Positions 1 through 11,897 of a stretch of 64,000 nt of DNA are shown here, piece by piece. The number at the start of each line of letters is the position of its first letter. Position 1 is the first letter of the stretch. The notes under the pieces are model-generated. The model was not told the DNA's origin, ran no database searches, and worked only from the letters and a program-made list of their open reading frames with translations. The stretch is from assembly GCA_013239625.1 (NCBI GenBank), contig MU053823.1, forward strand, positions 85,698-149,697, read 5' to 3'. The position numbers and the translations under genes were made by a program. This DNA comes from Lama guanicoe (lineage: Eukaryota).

Positions 1-466
1 GTTGTTACTAATATTAGCTATAAATGGTTCATTTATCAACTCTGTATTTGTTTGCTCAGTTGTGTTGCATTGCAATGAAGTGACTGGATCTGTATTTAGA
101 AAAAGAGTGCATAAACCTTGTAAATGAGATGTATCAGGAAAAGTTCAGTAGTATAATATCTTTTTTTTTTCAGAAAGATAGGGTAAAATAACCTTAAGGA
201 AAAGATTAAGCAGTTAGTAATAGTAGACGATTATTGCGCTAGACACAGTCACATGTAATACCTTATTTGTCACTCACACCCTATGAGGTAGAAGTTATTT
301 TTTCTCCCAATGGATGGAGAACCTGAGTTTCAGAAATTAAAACTGAAATGATTGTCTTAGTAAATTCTGTTTGTCTAACACCAACACACAGGGCTTGCAC
401 GACACCACTCTTTCTCTCCTCATTTTCTTAGATTAAAAAATAATTTCCTGCAACGTTGTATTTTAG

Positions 467-548
467 GTTATCAAAGGCAACTGTCTTTCAAAAACCCTGA
501 TGGTTCTTATAATGTGTTTTGGCGGAGGAATCAGGAAGGAAGCCTATG
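467..548 (+). CDS. OVOS2: OVOS-like exon (A2M exon 25 equivalent)
   Basis: ttttag|GT TAT CAA AGG... GYQRQLSFKNPDGSYNVFWRRNQEGSLW, donor gtgaga. Confidence 0.88.
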
Positions 549-3500
549 GTGAGAGACGGAAATTTTATTTTAATACAGGATAATAATAATACAGGAGTGA
601 TCTCCGGAGGCCTTGTGAAGTGTGAGGGGCCTTGAGGTTGGTGGGGATTTGAAAGGGACGTGGGTTTCAAAGTGAATTTATAGAAGTGAGCCAGAGAAAA
701 CTAAAATATTTGATTATTCCCATTTTGACGCGACAATGTACCTACAGTCTCACAGCTGTTCGCTGTAGAGTCTGGTCATTTAATAACTGACCCCACCCAC
801 ACTCTCACAGCTACTGGAAAATGGTACATCTTAAAACACACCTCTCAGTCTCATGTAGATGCAGGAGAGTAAACCCAGAAGGCCTCAAAGCATCTAATTA
901 CACCGACTCTTTATTTATGCATGGATCATCCAATGGACTCTAGAGCAAGAAATCTGTATGTAAACATGCTGGAAATCACATGCTCTTATTTTCACGTATT
1001 GCTGTTCATCACGTTTTACTGAACCGAAGGAAAGAGCCCACTATTGATAAAGATTGGTTACCGCCAGTATCAGTAGCTGCATCCACGTCCATCACCCAGA
1101 GGCAGCCAGGGTGCTGGACCTGCTGGGTTGCTGACATCATTTCTTTCTTATCCAACTTCCCTCCAATGGGGGATTTGCATTACAGGCTCAGTGCCCTGAC
1201 CTTTAAGACATTAAAGGGGATGGAGAAATACATTTTCGTTGATGAACAAGTTCAAAAAGAGACCCTGATCTGGCTTTCAAGCAAACAGAAAATAGACGGC
1301 TGCTTTCAGAGCGATGGCAGGCTTTTCCACAACGCCTGGGAGGTGAGAGATGAACACAGGTCTGCTGTCCTTGCTCCTTTGCACCGCCTGCTTTCCCTGC
1401 CTCTGGCCTGCACAACTGGGAACCTGAGTATCTTTCTGGTGAATGTCACCCTTTCGGAGTCTGCTGTTGTCATAGGCTTGGGACGCGCAGGACAGCGGCA
1501 TCATTCTTGCTGCGTGCATGTTACCCTCAGCCGAGGTACAGCTCTCCTGGAATCTACTGTTCGCCTCACTGTGTTTAGTCTTTTCAGAGAACCAGTCTCC
1601 TGCAGTAGATAAGCTGGAAATGGGAGAAGGGCAGAGACAAAGAACCTACAGAGAAAACATTCATAAATTTGGAGCCAAACAATATGTCAGGGGAGGGGCT
1701 TGAGTAGGATATTTATTCCTATTTAAGACAGCAAGAAAGCTCAGGGAGGGTGGCTGGTCATTTCTATAATTTCAGTAAAGCATTCATCCAATACCTCCTC
1801 AAGGTCTCGCTTGCCCCAGGTCAAAAGGCAAATGAAACAAAGCAGGTCCTTGATAGCATCCACTCTTCCCTCTTCCTGTCCATGTTTGGGTAAATCACTT
1901 GCCATCCTCCCTTGCTTCTGATTTCCTTGCTCTGCAGACAGCTGTCTACCTCCATCCCGTTTTCTGTGTCCTTTTTTCCCCCAACCTTTGTATTCCTCCA
2001 TCATGGTATCTGGAATGCCCTGATACCCCTGACGTATCCTGGCTCTTTCCTCTGTGTCGTCCTTCATACTTACCACTCCCCTTCTCAGAATGTGGGATGT
2101 AAAGCTAATCCATTTCAAAATATGAACCAAGAGCAACCCTGGAGAGTATTTAATTTTGATGTAAATTGTTTTCCAATGGCTTTCCTATTACACAATGTGG
2201 GAAAATGTCTTTACTCCACACCTCTTCGTCACCACGGCAGGACCTGGATGGAGAAGAGCTCTTGTTCTTATGGAAAGAGATGAGAATACTTCATGTTCGC
2301 TTCTAAAACATCTTCTCCACATCTTGCTCTTTATTGGATTCACTACTGATCACTGCCTGCCTGTCTGATCTTACTCGATCCTTTTTCCAGAATTTTGTGT
2401 GTGTGGGTTTGAATTGGGAGGGAGTGAGAAGTAGGGAAAAATAAAACCTTACACTGCAGAGGCATGGGGATACAACTTGCTATTATCCAAGTGGGCTTTG
2501 GGTCCCCCCATCTTATTTTCCTGTCCACCATCCGTGCTTACGTGCACCATGAAAGCTGACCTCCTCAGAAATGTTCCTTCTCTGAAAAAGAGAGCGATCG
2601 CCTTTTGCTTAAAAGGATAAAATGAGAGGTTTACACTAGATCAGTGGATCCCAGATGCCATCTGAATGCTCTTTGCATCCGTTTCAGAGGGGACCCATTA
2701 AAATTCATTTCCCTATGTCTTATTCCTGATTTTTTCAACTAGAAAAAGTTCTTGTGTGAATACCAGTTTATTTCACGTGTGAGTCCTCCCAGGGATTTCT
2801 ACCCACAGTCAGTCTGCAAACAACGCAACTTGTAAGTGTTTTTCGAATGTTACATGGTAAGAATCCAGGAAACTTCACTACTGCTACCACCTAGGACACT
2901 TTTCCAGGGATGTTCAGGAGGCTTCACAGCAACCTTCTGCTCCATCCCAGCAGAAATTCTTTGCTTGCTTTTCCAAATTAATACCAAATAGTATAAAATA
3001 GAGTCCTGTGAATTGCTTGGGGTGCATGCTGAATACCAGGCCACATAAGTATGATTATGTACGTCATTAAGTATCCTTGACATTAATTATATGTTTTTTT
3101 TTCTCATTATTACTTTGGATCTTGATGGATTCTTGCTCGGATAGCATTGTTACTGAACATTTAATTTAGAATTACTCGTGTTCAGGTGGTTTTATGAAGA
3201 ATGGTATTTGTTCCAAGGCTTCTTTCGTGTCTAGTTTCATTGCAGAAGAGAGGCTGTTCTTTTGTACCCTGCTGTCCTGTGTGACTCACTGCTCCTTTGT
3301 GTTTAGGTTGGAGACAAAGAGGATGTCTTCCTCACCGCATATGTCGTGGGTGCATTCCTTGAAGCTGGGCTCAGTTCCACCGTATGGATTTCCATTGTCT
3401 TTCAGTTTCAGTCATTAGACCATGGATGCAGAGTGACTTGAAATTCTTTGGACTGGGTGAAACATCAAGAGAACATTGAGTTCATTACCATTCTTTAAAG

Positions 3501-6500
3501 CGGTGCTCCTCAAAGGTTTTTGAGTCATGGAAACCTTTGATGAACACGATTGAGTTTTCCCTAGGGAAGGTACACACATGCACACATACACAATTTCATC
3601 CCATTTCATAGTCACCTGCCTTCTGAAGTTCAGCCACTATTTTCAGATGAAGAACTCTCATTCCAAGTATAACCATAACCTAGTATTCTGTCTGTCTAAC
3701 CAATTCAGTATGTAAAGGTGTTCAGCTGAAGTGTGGTTCACCTGGGTGGCCTCCCAATCCAGAGGTCCAATGATCTGATCGCAAAATCTGTGCTTGAAAT
3801 AAGATACTAGGAATTTTCAGGGTCATTGTTATGTCTCAAAAACCATCTTCAGAAACATAAGCCTCTCTTTTAGGCATTAGAGTAAAATCTCTTACGTCTA
3901 AAACTAAATTGGTATGTTTTGCCACATAGAAAACATTTCTGCTATTAACTCAAATATGTCTGATCAGATGTAGAGACCTCCATTTTCATATGACTTAAAT
4001 GTTATTTCTCAAATACTAATAATCCATTAAAATTCATTTTGATGATGTTTATAAAGTATAATGTATAGGTATGTAAATGAACGGATTTGTATGTAAAATA
4101 TATTTCAAGGGTATATTATATACATTATAAGGAATATTCATTTAAATATTCAGCAAGCTCATAAAGTGTTCAAATAGTATTTTAAAATACATTCTTCTTC
4201 TTCACAACTAGTTTCCTGCTCTACGAAACGGGCTTTTTTGCCTCGAGGAGGCCTTGGAAAATGGGGTCACAAATGGCTATATCCATGCGGTTCTAGCTTA
4301 TGCTTTTGCATTAGCTGGAAGAGAGAAGCCAGTAGAATCCTTACTCCAGACCCTGGATCAATCTGCTACAAAAATAAGTACGTATTATTCACGTTTGCTC
4401 ACATGACCTTGAGAATAAAGTGATGAAACGTACTGAGCCATCCCATATGCACCCTGTCTCCCCTAGTATGTTTCTATTTCCCTGATGGAATCTCCGCGTG
4501 GCCCTTTATTTTGAAAGAACACTACATCTTTTCTATGTCCCTCTCTCTCTTTTCTGCGAGCTCCTTGTGAAATGAGTGGAGCAAAGAAAATCCAGCGTAG
4601 TGACCAGAGATAATAAAAGTTGCTTGTGAAACTTAATCACACCCACTGTTTTTTTTTTTAATTGAAGTACAGTCAGTTACAATGTGTCAGTTTCTGGTGT
4701 ACAGCACAGTGTCCCAGTCATGCATATACATACATATATTCATTTTCATTTTCTACTTTTGACCTTAGGAAGTTGCTATTTGAAGCAGTGTTTGTTGTCT
4801 TGGGCTCCCGTAAAAAAATACTAGGGATCTGGGTGGCTTAAATAACAGAAAGTTCTTCTTTCATGGTTCTGGAGGCTAGAATTCCAAGATCTAGGTGTCA
4901 GCAGGTATGCTTTCTTCCGAGGCCCGTCTCCTTGCTTTGCAGATGTCCGTCTTCTCCCTCCGTCTTCATAGGGGTTCTTTTCCACATGCATGCGTTCCCG
5001 GTGTCCCTTTCAAGTGACCAAATTTCCTCTTCTGATGGGGACACCTATCAGTCATACTGGCTCAGAGCCCGTCACATGGCCTCCTGTTAACTTAATCTCC
5101 TCTTTAAAGGCGTCTCCAAATGCAGTCACATTCTGAGGTTCTGAGGATTAGGGTTTAAATACGTGAATTTTGAGGGGCACAATTCAGCCCATCACAGAGG
5201 CCAAGCATGAGATTGGCATCGTTCTTCTGTGTAATCAGCTCTCTTTATAGGGACTGTGTGAAAATTCTCCCTTTTTCTCAGATAACATGATATACTGGGA
5301 AAGAGCAAAGAGACCCAAGACAGAAGTATCTCCGTTCTTCATTCCCTGGGCACCTTCTGCTGAGACTGAGAAGACTTGCTATGTGCTGTTGGCTGTCATT
5401 TCCAAGAAAACGCCTGACCTGACCTACGCCAGTAAGATCGTGCAGTGGCTCGCCCAACAGATGAATCCTCAAGGAGGCTTCTCGTACCCCCAGGTGACTG
5501 GGATGGACCCGGTATTAACACAGTATGCTCAGTGCAAAAGGTGCCACGCTGCCATAATCTAGATAGCAAAGGTAGTCGTGGACAGTGCCTTCTGAGATGA
5601 AGAATATTTGCTATTACAAATCTTATTTTATTTTGTCAACAATTATTTACTGGGCAGTTCTTGGACATCAGGAACTCTACCAGGAATTCTTTATAAACCA
5701 ATGAGTAAGATAAGGCCCCTTTTCAGGGAATCGATGCCTCATTTATATCTCCATTTACACAGTTAAAAATAGAATGTAAGTCTAGAAAAGAATGTTGTTG
5801 TAAGTACCAGAGATCTGATGAATAGTTAAGTAATTGAAGACCCTGTGGTCAAACTACATATCAACTAAGAAAAAATATTTCTCTCTATTTCTGTGGTCTA
5901 CACATTGAGACAAGCAAATGAAATGAATGAATAACCAAATAAATGAGTACTGAACACAATGATTTATGTCTTTCCTTAACAGGAAAAAAAATTTAATACA
6001 AAGAAATGCAGTTTTATGCCCACGAGGAAAATCTTCACTTCCTTTCTGGCTTTCCCTTTTTCAGTCTTAGTTTCTGAGTAAAACCATATGTCAGTTGGAT
6101 CTCCCAACATCCTTTCTGGATTCTGATTTCCTGTCTTTGAAGACAGTTGGGCATAAGCATTATCTGAGGCATAATAATATGAATAATATATTCTTTATCA
6201 TTCCTGAATAATATAACACCTTAATTTTTAGAAAAGATTTGGCACTATTTTCAACAACAGAAATTATAAGTTTTTTTTAAAAACTAAAATCTAATTACGG
6301 TTTGTGGCAGAAAACCAAATGGCAACACCCAGCACAAGCAAATCTGTTTCCTATTGTTTAGGATGCTCCTTCTTGGTTTTCTGTTGACCCGTCATAGGAG
6401 TACTTCTGTGGACTGATTTGAAGTTCATGGCCAAATGATGACTAACATTGCACCATAACAGAGCTTTGATTGATGTCTGTGCTGTTCTGTGCAGGACACT

Positions 6501-9500
6501 GCCGTCTGTCTTCTTGCCATAACCCGCTACATGAAGTTAACCTTTTCTAATGGGCAAAACACCGTCACCTTTAGCAGTGACGAATCCAGTAAGATTTTCC
6601 AGGTTAACGGTGACAACCGCTTACTGGTCCAACGTTCAGAACTAACAGAAGCACACGGACAACACACAGTAGATGTGGAAGGACAAGGCTGTACCTTTAT
6701 CCAGGTAATAGACCTCTTCCAGTGAAGGAGATGGATGTTTGCCAGTTTTTTTTTAAAAAAAAAGGGTCAGACTGTCTGTTCAGTTATATATGAAGTACTG
6801 TCTTACCAGTTTGCATATTTCCATGGTTCCTCTTTCTCTCGTTGGTATCTTCTACTCAATAGCTGAAGACACAAGTTATTTCGTAAAGAACTACTCTTAA
6901 GGGTGACTGAGAACTTTCTCAAGGAATGTGATAGAAAGTATTCTGATATTTTTATTAAATTACATTGTTAAAGATTCTTGTATCTTCTGAAAACTGAATG
7001 ATTGCAGTTAGCCTTATTCCCTATGGTAAAGATGTAAAATAAAGTCATTAATAATGGAAATAAGAGAAACAAGTTGTTCAGCTTTTACTACAGGGTAAAT
7101 GGATGGATTTCCTTACTCTTTGCCATCCTTTCTAGGCTACCCTGAGGTATAATGTGCTACTGCCTAAGAAGGAATCAGGATTTTCCCTTTCCTTGGAAAT
7201 GGTAAAGAAGAACTCTTCCGATGTATTCCAGAGTAATTTTGATCTGACGGTAACACTCAAGTAAGTGTCCCATTTTGATACCAACTCTCAGGTTAGAGAG
7301 AAAGTAATATATCAAAAAAGAATTATTTGAAACAGTAGCAAAGTAACAAAATATCAAAAACATTCATTCAAAAAGATACATGCACAACAATGTTCATAGC
7401 AGCATTATTTACAATTGAGCAGATATGGAAGCAACCTAAACGGCCATCAGCAGATGAATGGATAAAGAAGATGTGGTATATACACACACATACACACACA
7501 CACAACGGAATACCACTCAGCCATAAAAAAGAATAAAATTTTGCCATTTGTAGCAACATGGATGAACTTGGAGGGCATTATACTAAGTGAAATAAGTCAG
7601 ACAGAGAAAGAGAAATACCATATGATATCACTTATATGAGAAATTTAAAAGCAACAAACTAGTGAATATAACAAAAAAGAAGCAGACTCACAGACATAGA
7701 GAACAAACTAGTGGTTACCAATGGGGAGGTGAGAGGCAGGGCAATATGGTGGTGGGGCAGTGGGAGGTACAAACTATAGGGTGTGAGAGAGGCTCAAGGA
7801 TGTGTTATACCACATGGGGAATATGGCCCATATTTTGTAATAACTGTAAATGCAAAGTAACTTAAAAATTGTATAAAATTTTTTTAATTAAATTAGCAGA
7901 TGCATATTACTCTACATAAAATAGATAACCTACTGTATAGCACAGAGAACTATATTCAATTTCTTATAATAACATATAATGGAAAAGAATTGGAAAAGAA
8001 AATAGATACATGTATGTACATGTATTACTGAATCACTCTGCTGTAAAATTCAAAAATTTTTTAAATATATACATAAGATGATAATCATGAGTTCACATGT
8101 TGATGGTGAAATGTCTACAGCATAATCACTTTGTTGCTCTCAGTGCACACACAGTTTAGCACATCTTAAATGAAATCAAAGGTGGAATTAATCAAATATA
8201 ATTCATACTGTATGCAAGTATCATTTGAAAACTTCTGCCACACTGATACTCCAGCAATAGCTCCCACCTTTTTGTATGAAAGTACTGACAGTTTTGGACA
8301 ATGAAGGTATGGTTTTTCCTTCTAAAAACAAACACAGGTGGATCCAATAAGAGAAAACATATAAACACTTATTTAATTAGAACTGTACAGAGCAAAGTTT
8401 TAGATTTTTGTTTTTCAGAGTAGAAAACCTAAGTAATTCTCTTGAGTTAAAATATAACTTTTAAATGCCAAAAAGTTTTAACCTCGGTTCGTCTGTGGAA
8501 AAACACTGAATAAAACTAGTTTGGGGGATTTTCCTGAGGATTTCCAAATGCAAACCCATTGAACACTAGCACTAAGGTAAGAACTGAATGCACCGTGGAG
8601 TTCTTAACTTCATGCCCCAACCATCTTATCCAGAGTTCGGGGTGTAACCCAGAAGATGTCTTGGGGACATGTCTACTGTATGATTCTGCCAACATCCTGC
8701 TTTCTAAACAAAGATCTCTTAAGTGTTGTACAAAGCTAAGGCCAACATAATAAGTACATGTAACATAAGTTTAGAAGTTTTGTTTATAAGTTCTGACTCT
8801 GACACCTCAGGTAAGCTTAAAAGCAGGATTTGGAGAGATTCTAGGTCCAGATCATTCATTCTTTACCCAACTTATGTTGCTCTGAATCATCTCATCCACG
8901 ATCAGCCTAGTTGTACCTGATCCCAGGTGTGTTAGAATGACTGTCTTCAGAGTTTCCTCTCCAGCTTTTGTGTCTCCTCCAGACTTGTAACCAATTAGTA
9001 TCTATGTACTCACAACCCTTGCCGTAAGATTAAGTCACTCTTCTGAAATGTCTAAGCTAGTGTTTTGTTTTTAAATTTCAGGTATACTGGAATTCGCAAT
9101 AACTCCAACATGGTCCTTGTTGATGTAAAAATGCTATCAGGGTTTACTCCAGTCATGTCGTCCATTGAGGAGGTAAAGAGAAGGAGCCCAGTCCTGCAGC
9201 GCAGAAAGAGCAGTGATGTGTGGATGAAACAATTGGTTGGCAAAACCAAGCCATGGAATTCTTCATTTAAACAAACTTATTCCAAGTTCACATTCACATT
9301 TTTGCTGAAACACTGGAAGGATGGGTTCTTTTCTTTTTTTTTTTATTGCAGTTTAGTCAGTTTACAATGTTGTGTCAATGTCTGATGTACAGCATAATGT
9401 TTTTAAAGGTTTTTTTTTTAATTTAGTGGAAGTACTGGGGGTTGAACCCAGGACCTCATACATGCTAAGCACACACTCTACCATTGAACTATACTCACCC

Positions 9501-11320
9501 CCCAAGGATGGATTCTTAACTTGGAGCAATTATTTCCCATAGTTCATAACCTATTTTTTTAAATTTAGTTCCCACTTGTTCTTATGAAAACCTCCTGGCA
9601 CAAGGGAACATTCCATAAAATAAATTCCTAACAACTGGTTAAATAAAAGGCATGAAACATTCAGTTCTGGAATGGTACTCTTTAACATCTTTCCCTTTCT
9701 GCCAATTTCTTTAAAGCTTGAAAATAATGGCCAAGTAATGAAAAGTGAAGTCAAGAATGACCACATTCTTTTCTACTTGGAAAATGTAAGTTGACAGTAA
9801 TTTTTTCCTCCATGGCTTTCTTTTTCTTCTGAGGGTAATTGGATGCTTCTGTGTCTCATAGCAATACATGATAAGGTTTGTCAAAAAAAAAATGGGACAT
9901 TAAAGTTGATCAGTGTTCTTCTGTCCCACTCATCATCTTCTCTGTGTTAATTCTTATGCTATTTCACATATGCCTTGGCTACCTGACTATGTCACCCTGA
10001 AGTTTAGAAACATTATTTCCATGTTTTTCATTCCTCACGGCATCTACCATAGTCTGGTCAAAGAGTAGGTGTATAATTCTGTTAGAGTCTGATTTGAACT
10101 CCAATGGAGGCTGGCGTGAGTTTTAGGGTCATTTTTTCATGTGTACATCATTAACATTCACATAAATGCCCACAGTATTCTACTGCTTTCAACTAAATTT
10201 CTTGCACACCAATATAATCAGCAAAATTTTAAATTTTATACAATTTAATGTTACCTAACTCATCATTTTGACATTGCATAAGATCATGGTACCCTGAATT
10301 TATTTAATTGGGTAGATCATGAACATCTGGAAATAATTTGCTCCGTGGTTTTCTTTTTGGAAGATCTGCTCTGATGTACTTATAATTTGTGTCTTTATAG
10401 GTTTTTGGAACAGCAATGAGTTTCACCTTCTCTGTTGAGCAAATCAACCGTGTATCCAACATTCAGTCAGCCCCAGTCATGGTCTACGATTATTATGAAA
10501 AAGGTAGGCAAACAACAGCCGTGCCCTCAGATATCTGTATAAAAGCCTAAAAAAAATCTGGTTTTACTTTATGCATTGATTTTTTTTCACTCCATGATAT
10601 AACTAACTGCTGACTGGGCCATTTTTGTACTTACCAGTGTTTTTCAACAGCTAGAATTCTTTTGGAGGGGAGTGCCAAGATGGCAGAGTAGAAGGACGCA
10701 TAGCTCATCCTCTGCCATGAATACACCAAAAACTACACGTACAGACCAAACAATTTGCACAGAATACCTAGAATCCTTTAGATATAATGCAAAAGAGCTC
10801 CCTTTAATTTGAAATGCAACCTGCTAAGCTTCCAGGTCTTCTTGTTGTTGATGCCAAGACATCATTTCATGCTACCTCTATGGACTTTAATTTGAGAAGG
10901 GGAGTGAGCAATATTCTGAAACATTATAGGAAAATCTTAATAGATTAGGTTCCAAAACAATGACTACAATGTGGTTAAGATTATAAAAATTTCCCCTGGA
11001 AAGTCAGTGCTATTAGTTTCTTGTTGAATCTCATGCACAGTTTATCAAGAAGCCTTTGAATTCTGATTCTGTCATTTACTAACTGAATGTACTTCATCAA
11101 GCGCCTAAAACTTTAATAGGATGTTCCTGGAATTAGAAAATAGAAGTGATTGACTGTCTTGCAAAATTATTGGAAAGATTAGATCTAGTGTATTTATATT
11201 ATCTGACATAATCTGGCTGTGGAAAAGTGGAGATTTAATAAGGATGAACTTTCCTCTTATTTTCCAGATGAATATGCCCTTGCTTCTTACAACATCAACA
11301 GTGTTTCAGTTTCCCAGTGA
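467..11320 (+). CDS. OVOS2: Ovostatin homolog (A2M family), 3' part: 11 coding exons equivalent to A2M exons 25-35; 5' part lies upstream of the window
   Basis: join(467..548,1186..1342,3307..3381,4212..4377,5282..5493,6495..6704,7136..7260,9082..9172,9717..9785,10401..10503,11268..11320). All introns are GT-AG, phases are compatible and there are no stops until TGA 11318-11320. Peptides GYQRQLSFKNPDGSY, LSALTFKTL, YASKIVQWLAQQMN, MVLVDVKMLSGFTP and VYDYYEK are ovostatin-type TED/CUB/MG8 sequence. Symbol assigned by recalled similarity. Confidence 0.9.
1186..1342 (+). CDS. OVOS2: OVOS-like exon (exon 26 equivalent)
   Basis: LSALTFKTLKGMEKYIFVDEQVQKETLIWLSSKQKIDGCFQSDGRLFHNAWE; 157 nt, same size as paralog exon 61106-61262. 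Confidence 0.9.
3307..3381 (+). CDS. OVOS2: OVOS-like exon (exon 27 equivalent)
   Basis: VGDKEDVFLTAYVVGAFLEAGLSST; 75 nt, same size as paralog exon 61634-61708. Confidence 0.88.
4212..4377 (+). CDS. OVOS2: OVOS-like exon (exon 28 equivalent)
   Basis: [59 protein letters not shown] flanks. Confidence 0.9.
4648..4752 (-). mobile_element. L1 3' end fragment
   Basis: poly-T then aattgaagtacagtcagttacaatgtgtcagtttctggtgtacagc, the reverse complement of the L1 3' end also seen at 16905-17160. Confidence 0.7.
4788..5195. mobile_element. MaLR (MLT1-like) LTR remnant
   Basis: gggtggcttaaataacagaaa...ttctggaggctag...cacattctgagg...cacaattcagcccatcaca, recognisable MLT1 motifs; boundaries approximate. 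Confidence 0.7.
5282..5493 (+). CDS. OVOS2: OVOS-like exon (exon 29 equivalent)
   Basis: NMIYWERAKRPK...YASKIVQWLAQQMNPQGGFSYPQ; AG/GT flanks. Confidence 0.9.
6495..6704 (+). CDS. OVOS2: OVOS-like exon (exon 30 equivalent)
   Basis: DTAVCLLAITRY...NRLLVQRSEL...VEGQGCTFIQ. Confidence 0.9.
7136..7260 (+). CDS. OVOS2: OVOS-like exon (exon 31 equivalent)
   Basis: ATLRYNVLLPKKESGFSLSLEMVKKNSSDVFQSNFDLTVTL, donor gtaagt. Confidence 0.88.
7368..8045 (+). mobile_element. L1 3' region fragments
   Basis: aatgttcatagcagcattatttacaat...gatgaatggataaagaagatgtgg...ctaagtgaaataagtcagacagagaaag, typical L1 ORF2-end/3'UTR sequence. Confidence 0.8.
9082..9172 (+). CDS. OVOS2: OVOS-like exon (exon 32 equivalent)
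   Basis: YTGIRNNSNMVLVDVKMLSGFTPVMSSIEE. Confidence 0.9.
9331..9503 (-). mobile_element. Vic-1-like tRNA-derived SINE joined to an L1 3' end, inside one TSD
   Basis: Minus strand reads gtatagttcaatggtagagtgtgtgcttagcatgtatgaggtcctgggttcaacccccag (A/B boxes), followed by an L1 tail; flanks aaggatgggttctt (9317-9330) and aaggatggattctt (9504-9517). Confidence 0.75.
9717..9785 (+). CDS. OVOS2: OVOS-like exon (exon 33 equivalent)
   Basis: LENNGQVMKSEVKNDHILFYLEN; aag acceptor, gtaagt donor. Confidence 0.85.
10401..10503 (+). CDS. OVOS2: OVOS-like exon (exon 34 equivalent)
   Basis: VFGTAMSFTFSVEQINRVSNIQSAPVMVYDYYEK. Confidence 0.9.
10664..10767 (+). mobile_element. L1 5'-end fragment
   Basis: ggaggggagtgccaagatggcagagtagaaggacg... 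resembles the start of an L1 5'UTR (CAAGATGGC YY1 motif); flanked by ctagaattcttt / ctagaatccttt. Confidence 0.6.
11268..11320 (+). CDS. OVOS2: OVOS-like last coding exon
   Basis: DEYALASYNINSVSVSQ-stop (TGA 11318-11320); exon appears to continue to donor aag|gtaagg at 11343/11344. Confidence 0.82.
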
Positions 11321-11762
11321 GACAAAACAAAGCGCGAGAGAAGGTAAGGGAATTACATACATCCTAGATGGTTAAAACGTATCTGGTAAGAAAATGAAGA
11401 TAAAACAATAGACAAGCAAAGACAGGCCTCTGGCACTTCACAAAGTCTGTAAAACTATGTGCATTAGATAAGTGCTCTGATAGGACAGCCATTAAGATGT
11501 TTATTAATGTCTTTTAAGGAGCTTTAAAGAATTTTCAGCTATATATGTGCCTCTTAGGAATGCTTCTTTTAAAAAAACTCTCATTTTCGTTTTATAAATT
11601 AATAGGCTATTAAATATGTACATACATATTTTATATACATCATGTAAATGTTCATGTGGATGTGAATGTATTCGTGCATGTTTGTATTTATCTACATCTA
11701 TATATTTATTTACATATACAAACACATTTATTTACTGTTTAAACTATGTTTTTAAATCTCAG

Positions 11763-11897
11763 GTAGGAAACTATTTACTTTGAACAAACTCATTCTCCTT
11801 TATCAAACCTGGAAGAAAACCATGGACCACCTCACTTCCTGAACCGTCTGCAATCTGCTATGACCTCTAATCAGACTTGGTTTATTATTCCATTAAA
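11763..11897 (+). other. Probable terminal 3'UTR exon of OVOS-like gene
   Basis: Acceptor tttttaaatctcag ending 11762 follows the strong donor at 11344; ATTAAA at 11892-11897 (alternative AATAAA at 12212-12217). Confidence 0.45.

Noticed and set aside
980..1612. 210-aa ORF as a standalone gene
   Set aside because: Only 1186-1342 is A2M-family exon; the rest is intronic read-through. The same applies to most listed ORFs overlapping exons.
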